DNA of 32,000 nt from NCBI RefSeq assembly GCF_000354175.2, contig NC_022359.1:1440001-1472000 (forward strand), written 5' to 3'. The translations under genes were made by a program, and so were the position numbers. Positions 27,523 to 32,000 of this stretch are shown in pieces. The stretch is from Vibrio alginolyticus NBRC 15630 = ATCC 17749 (GTDB taxonomy: Bacteria; Pseudomonadota; Gammaproteobacteria; Enterobacterales; Vibrionaceae). Within the stretch, counting starts at the first letter, position 1, and the number at the start of each line of letters is the position of its first letter. Below the pieces are notes generated by a model. That model was given only the letters and a program-made list of their open reading frames with translations, searched no databases and was not told the origin of the DNA.

Positions 27523-27927
27523 ATGTCGATTGAAGTGATAGCAGTACGCCTTACCAAAGGCATGGACTTAAAACTGAGCCTAGCGAAATTGGTCGAGCAG
27601 CATGGTATCAAAGCAGGCTCGATTGCCTCATGCGTTGGCTGTGTCTCTGACCTCAACCTTCGTTTGGCAGGTGCAGAGAGTACGTTAACCAAACAAGAGC
27701 CATTTGAAATCGTCTCGGTGATGGGGACACTAACGCCTGAGCATCAGCACGTTCATATCTCAGTGTCTGATCGTGAAGGACAAGTCTGGGGTGGGCATTT
27801 GCAGGAAGGCACAGTGATTGATACTACCGCAGAATTGATCATCCATTCTTACTCAGAGCTTGAGTTCACTAGGGCGATGGACGACTCGACTGGCTATACC
27901 GAACTACAAGTGAATCCTTCCAAATAG
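27523..27927 (+). CDS. PPC (DUF296) domain protein
   Basis: 134-aa ORF starting 1 nt after the tetR stop. The pattern ...FEIVSVMGTL......HVHISVSD.EGQVWGGHL..G.V..TAEL is as in PPC/DUF296 proteins, recalled from memory. Confidence 0.7.
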   Translation: MSIEVIAVRLTKGMDLKLSLAKLVEQHGIKAGSIASCVGCVSDLNLRLAGAESTLTKQEPFEIVSVMGTLTPEHQHVHISVSDREGQVWGGHLQEGTVIDTTAELIIHSYSELEFTRAMDDSTGYTELQVNPSK

Positions 27928-27932
27928 TAAAA

Positions 27933-27970
27933 AGCTCCAGAGCCATACTGTACTGTCTCTGGAGCTTTAT
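27933..27970. terminator. Bidirectional Rho-independent terminator between the PPC gene and nirD
   Basis: 10-bp stem AGCTCCAGAG (27933-42) / CTCTGGAGCT (27956-65). It is flanked by an A run upstream and TTATT downstream, so a U tail is available on both strands. It lies between convergent genes. Confidence 0.75.
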
Positions 27971-28025
27971 TCGCATGTCTCTCACGCGAAGAATTCACTC
28001 ATATCGAGCAAGCTAACTTCGGAGA

Positions 28026-28361
28026 TCATTCTTCGACTAAATAACAAACCTGATTATCGTCAACCGTTACTTGCCACGTTTTTAGACAGTGCGCTTCGTC
28101 TTCCAAACACTGCCCGCTCTTTAAACTGAAATGCTGTTTGTACAGTGGTGATGCAACACACATCTCACCATCAATATCACCGACAATCCCTCGACTCATC
28201 ACATAAGCCTTACCAATTGGGTCCCAATCTTGAACGGCGTAAACACCGCTATCAGGAATGTAGAATAGCGCGACATGCTCGCCTTCAATCAACACCGTGG
28301 CACCGATGAACGGCATTAGGTCATCAAGCTGACACAATTTCACTTTGGTTAAAGCTGCCAT
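28026..28361 (-). CDS. nirD: Nitrite reductase [NAD(P)H] small subunit NirD
   Basis: 111-aa ORF directly abutting the nirB stop. The sequence ...VALFYIPD..VYAVQDWDPIGKAYVMSRGIVGD.....VASPLYKQHFSLKSGQCLED is typical NirD. Confidence 0.93.
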   Translation of the reverse strand: MAALTKVKLCQLDDLMPFIGATVLIEGEHVALFYIPDSGVYAVQDWDPIGKAYVMSRGIVGDIDGEMCVASPLYKQHFSLKSGQCLEDEAHCLKTWQVTVDDNQVCYLVEE

Positions 28362-30881
28362 TTACACCTCCTGTTTCACTGGAATACGCTGACCGCGCAC
28401 ACGTTGGTACGGTAAGACTTTACTGCCCGACGTGCTGTTCAAGAAAGGACGGAAGCGTTGCAGTTTCTGAGGGTTATCCAACGTACTCTTCCACTCACAT
28501 TGATAAGTATCTACGACTCGCGCCATTTGTTCATCCAAAGAATCACAGAGATTCAGAGAGTCATCCAAAATCACTTGTTTAAGGTAATCTAGGCCCCCTT
28601 CCATGTTCTCCATCCACACTGACGTGCGCTGCAAGCGATCAGCGGTGCTGACGTAGAACATCAAGACTCGGTCGATCATGGTGATCAACTCTGATTTGGA
28701 TAAGTCGGATGCAAATAAATCAGCGTGTCTTGGTCTCATGCCGCCATTACCGCAAACGTATAGATTCCAGCCGTTTTCGGTGGCGATCACCCCAATGTCT
28801 TTACTTTGCGCTTCTGCACACTCGCGAGTACAGCCCGATACGGCAAACTTAAGCTTATGGGGCGCTCGCAATCCTTTGTAGCGGTTCTCTAACTCAATAG
28901 CTAATCCGACCGAGTCATCAACACCATAGCGACACCAAGTAGAACCGACGCAAGATTTCACGGTGCGGACCGATTTTCCGTAGGCGTGCCCTGTTTCAAA
29001 ACCAGCATCAATTAAGGTTTGCCAGATTTCAGGAAGCTGTTCTAACTGCGCACCAAATAAATCCACGCGCTGACCGCCAGTGATCTTGGTGTACAAATCA
29101 TATTGCTGAGCAACTTCGCCTAGCACGATGAGTTTGTCTGGTGTAATTTCGCCGCCCGGAACACGAGGCACAATCGAGTAAGAGCCATCTTTTTGCAGGT
29201 TTGCCATAAAGGCATCGTTAGAATCTTGCAGAGATTGATGCTGTGGTTCCATGATGTGTTCATTCCACAAAGAAGCAAACACAGATGCTGCTGTCGGCTT
29301 ACAGATATCACACCCATGCCCTTTGCCATGCAGTGCAATTAAGGTGTCGAAGTCTTTGATTTGTTCCACTTGGCAAATATGGAACATCTCTTGGCGACTT
29401 AACTCAAAGTGCGCACAAAGGTGGTTGTTGACCTCTACCCCCATAGCTGCCAGTTGAGTATCCAATACCGACTTGACCATATTGTTACAGCCACCACAGC
29501 CAGTACCGGCTTTGGTGTTGGCTTTAAGGTCCGTCAGGTTGGTGGTGCCAGCTTGTATCTCGGCAACTAAGTCACCTTTTGTGACGTTGTGACAAGAACA
29601 GATAATGGCGCTGTCTGGCATCTCTCCATCAAGCATTCCGGTATCAAACAGCAGGTTCGCCGCGTGATCTGGCAGGACCGTTTTGTTCAAATAACACTGC
29701 AAAAGCGCATCGTAGTCACTGTTGTCACCGACGAGAATCGCACCAAGTAATTGGGTACCACTCGCATCAACCACCAACTTTTTGTAGATGCCTGCAACCG
29801 CATCTTGCAAGACCATTTCTTGTGCGCCTTCGGTTTGCATTTGTGCATCGCCGATAGACGCCACATCCACCCCAAGCAGCTTGAGTTTGGTGCTCATGTC
29901 TGCACCTTTAAAACCTTCGCTTGGCATTCCAGTCAGGACATCGGCAGTGGTTCTCGCCATGGTGCAACCGGGTGCGACTAAACCAAATATCTTCTGCTCC
30001 CAAAGGGCACATTCGCCAATCGCATAAATGTTCTCATCGCTGGTTTGGCATTGGTTGTTAATCACAATGCCGCCTCGCTCGCCTATTTCTAGCTCAGCCA
30101 GCCTTGCCAACTCATCTTGAGGACGAATGCCTGCGGAGAAGACAATCACATCCACTTCGAGAGGATCTTTGTCTTTAAACACCATACGATGCTTAGCCGT
30201 TTCACCATCGCAGATTCGTTCCGTACCCGTTGAGGTGTGAACGGTTAGCCCTAGCGCTTCAATCTTCTCTTTTAGCACTAAGCCAGCACCATCGTCTAAC
30301 TGCACGGGCATCAGGCGAGGCGCAAATTCAATAACGTGAGTTTCTAACCCCAATAGTTTAAGTGCGTTTGCCGCTTCTAAACCCAACAAGCCGCCGCCAA
30401 TCACTGCGCCCGTTCTTGCGCCTTCACATGCTTTTTTGATTTGTGAAAGGTCATCAAGCGTGCGGTAGACAAACACGTTGTCGCGGTCTTTACCTTCAAT
30501 TGGCGGCACAAATGGGTACGAGCCGGTCGCGAGCACGAGTTGGTCGTAACCCAGCACATCTTCACCATCAAGTAGAATGCGCTTTTGCTCTCTGTCGATG
30601 CCTGTTACTTGGCTGCCAAGTACGAGTTGGATGCCATGCATGTCATACCATTCTTGGTTACTCAGCATCAAATCATCATGAGACTTACCCGCAAACAAAG
30701 AAGACAACTGTACACGGTCATACGCGATAAAACGCTCTGCACCAATCACGGTAATTCTGTGCTCCAAATGCGCGTTTTTCTGCACTAATTGCTCGACGAG
30801 ATGTTGCCCGACCATACCGTTGCCTACCACAACGATGTGGCTTAATGCGTTCTTTACTGGAATCGTTAAAGGACTGTTCAT
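28362..30881 (-). CDS. nirB: Nitrite reductase [NAD(P)H] large subunit NirB
   Basis: 839-aa ORF. N-terminal FAD fold: VVVGNGMVG. BFD-like 2Fe-2S region: ICSCHNVTKGDL...GCGGC. Sulfite/nitrite reductase 4Fe-4S/siroheme motifs: KSCVGSTWCRYG and SGCTRECAEA. Confidence 0.96.
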   Translation of the reverse strand: MNSPLTIPVKNALSHIVVVGNGMVGQHLVEQLVQKNAHLEHRITVIGAERFIAYDRVQLSSLFAGKSHDDLMLSNQEWYDMHGIQLVLGSQVTGIDREQKRILLDGEDVLGYDQLVLATGSYPFVPPIEGKDRDNVFVYRTLDDLSQIKKACEGARTGAVIGGGLLGLEAANALKLLGLETHVIEFAPRLMPVQLDDGAGLVLKEKIEALGLTVHTSTGTERICDGETAKHRMVFKDKDPLEVDVIVFSAGIRPQDELARLAELEIGERGGIVINNQCQTSDENIYAIGECALWEQKIFGLVAPGCTMARTTADVLTGMPSEGFKGADMSTKLKLLGVDVASIGDAQMQTEGAQEMVLQDAVAGIYKKLVVDASGTQLLGAILVGDNSDYDALLQCYLNKTVLPDHAANLLFDTGMLDGEMPDSAIICSCHNVTKGDLVAEIQAGTTNLTDLKANTKAGTGCGGCNNMVKSVLDTQLAAMGVEVNNHLCAHFELSRQEMFHICQVEQIKDFDTLIALHGKGHGCDICKPTAASVFASLWNEHIMEPQHQSLQDSNDAFMANLQKDGSYSIVPRVPGGEITPDKLIVLGEVAQQYDLYTKITGGQRVDLFGAQLEQLPEIWQTLIDAGFETGHAYGKSVRTVKSCVGSTWCRYGVDDSVGLAIELENRYKGLRAPHKLKFAVSGCTRECAEAQSKDIGVIATENGWNLYVCGNGGMRPRHADLFASDLSKSELITMIDRVLMFYVSTADRLQRTSVWMENMEGGLDYLKQVILDDSLNLCDSLDEQMARVVDTYQCEWKSTLDNPQKLQRFRPFLNSTSGSKVLPYQRVRGQRIPVKQEV

Positions 30882-30891
30882 CGCTGCCTCC

Positions 30892-31728
30892 TTATGCCGT
30901 TTGCGCTGCGGTTTTGGGTTTGTCTTCTTTCGAAGCAGGAATCTCGACTTTGGATTGCTTCTCGTAAAGGAACTTCAGCACGGCTTGTCGACACTTCTGA
31001 TACTGCGCATCATCCGCCAGTGCGACACGCTCGCGAGGACGCGGTAGATTCACTTCCAACACTTCACCAATGGTCGCTGCCGGTCCGTTGGTCATCATCA
31101 CGATTTTGTCGGATAGCAACACCGCTTCATCCACGTCGTGAGTAATCATGATCACGGTGTTGTTTAGCTCGGCTTGAATCTTCATCAGTGCATCCTGTAA
31201 GTGCGCACGAGTTAACGCATCCAACGCACCAAATGGCTCATCCATCAATAAAACCTTTGGTTGAAGTGCCAGTGCTCTCGCAATGCCGACTCGCTGCTTC
31301 ATACCACCCGAGATTTCATCCGGCTTTTTGTGCGCGGCATGCTGCATTTGAATCAACTCCAAGTAGTGATTCACTTGTTCCTGAATCCACGCTTTGCCCT
31401 TTTTACCGGCAATTTGTTTTAATGCGAGCTCAACGTTTTGATATACGGTGAGCCAAGGTAATAATGAATGGTTTTGAAACACCACTGCGCGGTCAGGTCC
31501 CGGTCCAGCAACTTCTCGTCCATCGACGATTACGCCGCCGTCTGTTGGCATGTGCAGACCCGCGACTAAGTTCAATACCGTTGATTTACCACAGCCAGAG
31601 TGACCAATCAGCGATACAAACTCGCCCTTATTGATTTGTAAATCGACGTTCTTAAGCGCGATGAACTCGCCATCTGGCGTTGGGAATCGCATCCCTAAAC
31701 GCGTTAGATCTAATAATGCTTTTTCCAT
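30892..31728 (-). CDS. ABC transporter ATP-binding protein, nitrate/sulfonate/bicarbonate (NrtD/NasD-like) family
   Basis: 278-aa ORF. Walker A GHSGCGKST, signature ISGGMKQRVGIARAL, Walker B LLMDEPFGALD, H-loop ITHDVDEA. Its position 10 nt upstream of nirB supports a nitrate/nitrite substrate. Confidence 0.85.
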   Translation of the reverse strand: MEKALLDLTRLGMRFPTPDGEFIALKNVDLQINKGEFVSLIGHSGCGKSTVLNLVAGLHMPTDGGVIVDGREVAGPGPDRAVVFQNHSLLPWLTVYQNVELALKQIAGKKGKAWIQEQVNHYLELIQMQHAAHKKPDEISGGMKQRVGIARALALQPKVLLMDEPFGALDALTRAHLQDALMKIQAELNNTVIMITHDVDEAVLLSDKIVMMTNGPAATIGEVLEVNLPRPRERVALADDAQYQKCRQAVLKFLYEKQSKVEIPASKEDKPKTAAQTA

Positions 31729-31739
31729 GATCGTTTCCC

Positions 31740-32000
31740 TTATCTCAACGCTTGTTGTTTATTCCAAGACAGCCACTTTTGAAGTTGCAGCATGCCTCTA
31801 TCGAGCATCAAACCGATAAAACCAATAGTGATGACTGCCACCATGATGCGACCCAATGATGCCGAACTGCCGTTTTGGAACTCGTCCCAAACGAACTTGC
31901 CTAACCCTGGGTTTTGCGCGAGCATTTCTGCTGCAATCAATACCATCCAAGCGATACCTAAAGAGAGACGTAAACCGGTGAAGATCATTGGAATGGCAGA
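31740..32000 (-). CDS. ABC transporter permease (NrtB/NasE-like); partial, N-terminus beyond the window end
   Basis: The frame stays open upstream of the track Met (..[27 protein letters not shown]...), which is the typical C-terminal region of NitT/TauT-family permeases. It ends 11 nt before the ATPase gene. Confidence 0.8.
   Translation of the reverse strand, partial: SAIPMIFTGLRLSLGIAWMVLIAAEMLAQNPGLGKFVWDEFQNGSSASLGRIMVAVITIGFIGLMLDRGMLQLQKWLSWNKQQALR

Noticed and set aside
26631-27692. Small ORFs around and inside the tetR gene (26631-26816 +, 26876-27064 -, 27128-27463 -, 27186-27368 -, 27498-27692 -)
   Set aside because: They overlap the GST/tetR promoter region or lie antisense to the TetR and PPC genes. 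None has an SD or recognisable motifs.
28678-31451. Numerous 62-95-aa ORFs on either strand within nirB and the ABC ATPase gene
   Set aside because: They lie antisense or out of frame within genes carrying diagnostic cofactor and Walker motifs. Such ORFs are typical in GC-richer coding DNA.
1-32000. Search for CRISPR arrays, rRNA/tRNA genes, transposases, integrases and terminal inverted repeats
   Set aside because: Reading by eye, I found no regularly spaced repeats, no cloverleaf-like or rRNA-like conserved strings, and no ORF with DDE or tyrosine-recombinase character. The only tandem repeat is the 2 x 24 bp unit at 23025-23072.

Overview
This window reads as a Vibrionaceae-like chromosomal segment; the taxon is inferred from gene content and AT-rich composition, not from any search. 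There are four blocks.

(1) Bases 1-22763 hold a nearly complete imp-type type VI secretion system (T6SS) core. Sixteen tightly packed minus-strand genes run fha/tagH, tssJ, tssK, tssL, tssM, tagF, pppA, tssA, tssB, tssC, a second tssC paralog, tagJ, tssE, tssF, tssG and clpV (truncated by the window start). A divergent ppkA Ser/Thr kinase gene sits on the plus strand. No hcp, vgrG, PAAR or obvious effector/immunity genes lie inside the window; they presumably lie beyond clpV.

(2) Bases 22764-25934 hold a small signalling island. It contains a long leader with a perfect 24-bp tandem duplication, an Hpt phosphotransfer protein and a 65-aa orphan protein. On the opposite strand are a small membrane-anchored coiled-coil protein and a three-domain REC-PP2C-HATPase response regulator of the HsbR/CrsR type. 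No STAS partner is visible.

(3) Bases 26047-27927 hold a GST gene divergent from a TetR-PPC(DUF296) pair.

(4) Bases 28026-32000 hold nirD, nirB and the last two genes of a nitrate/nitrite-type ABC importer.

I found no rRNA, tRNA, CRISPR array or transposase/integrase.

The best candidate for something under-described is the Hpt / orphan small proteins / HsbR-like module flanking the phospho-regulated T6SS. Other points worth a look are the duplicated sheath subunit and an atypical PpkA, which has an Asn/Lys-rich N-terminal extension and a non-vWA periplasmic domain. All family assignments come from motifs read by eye in the translations; no database search was possible.
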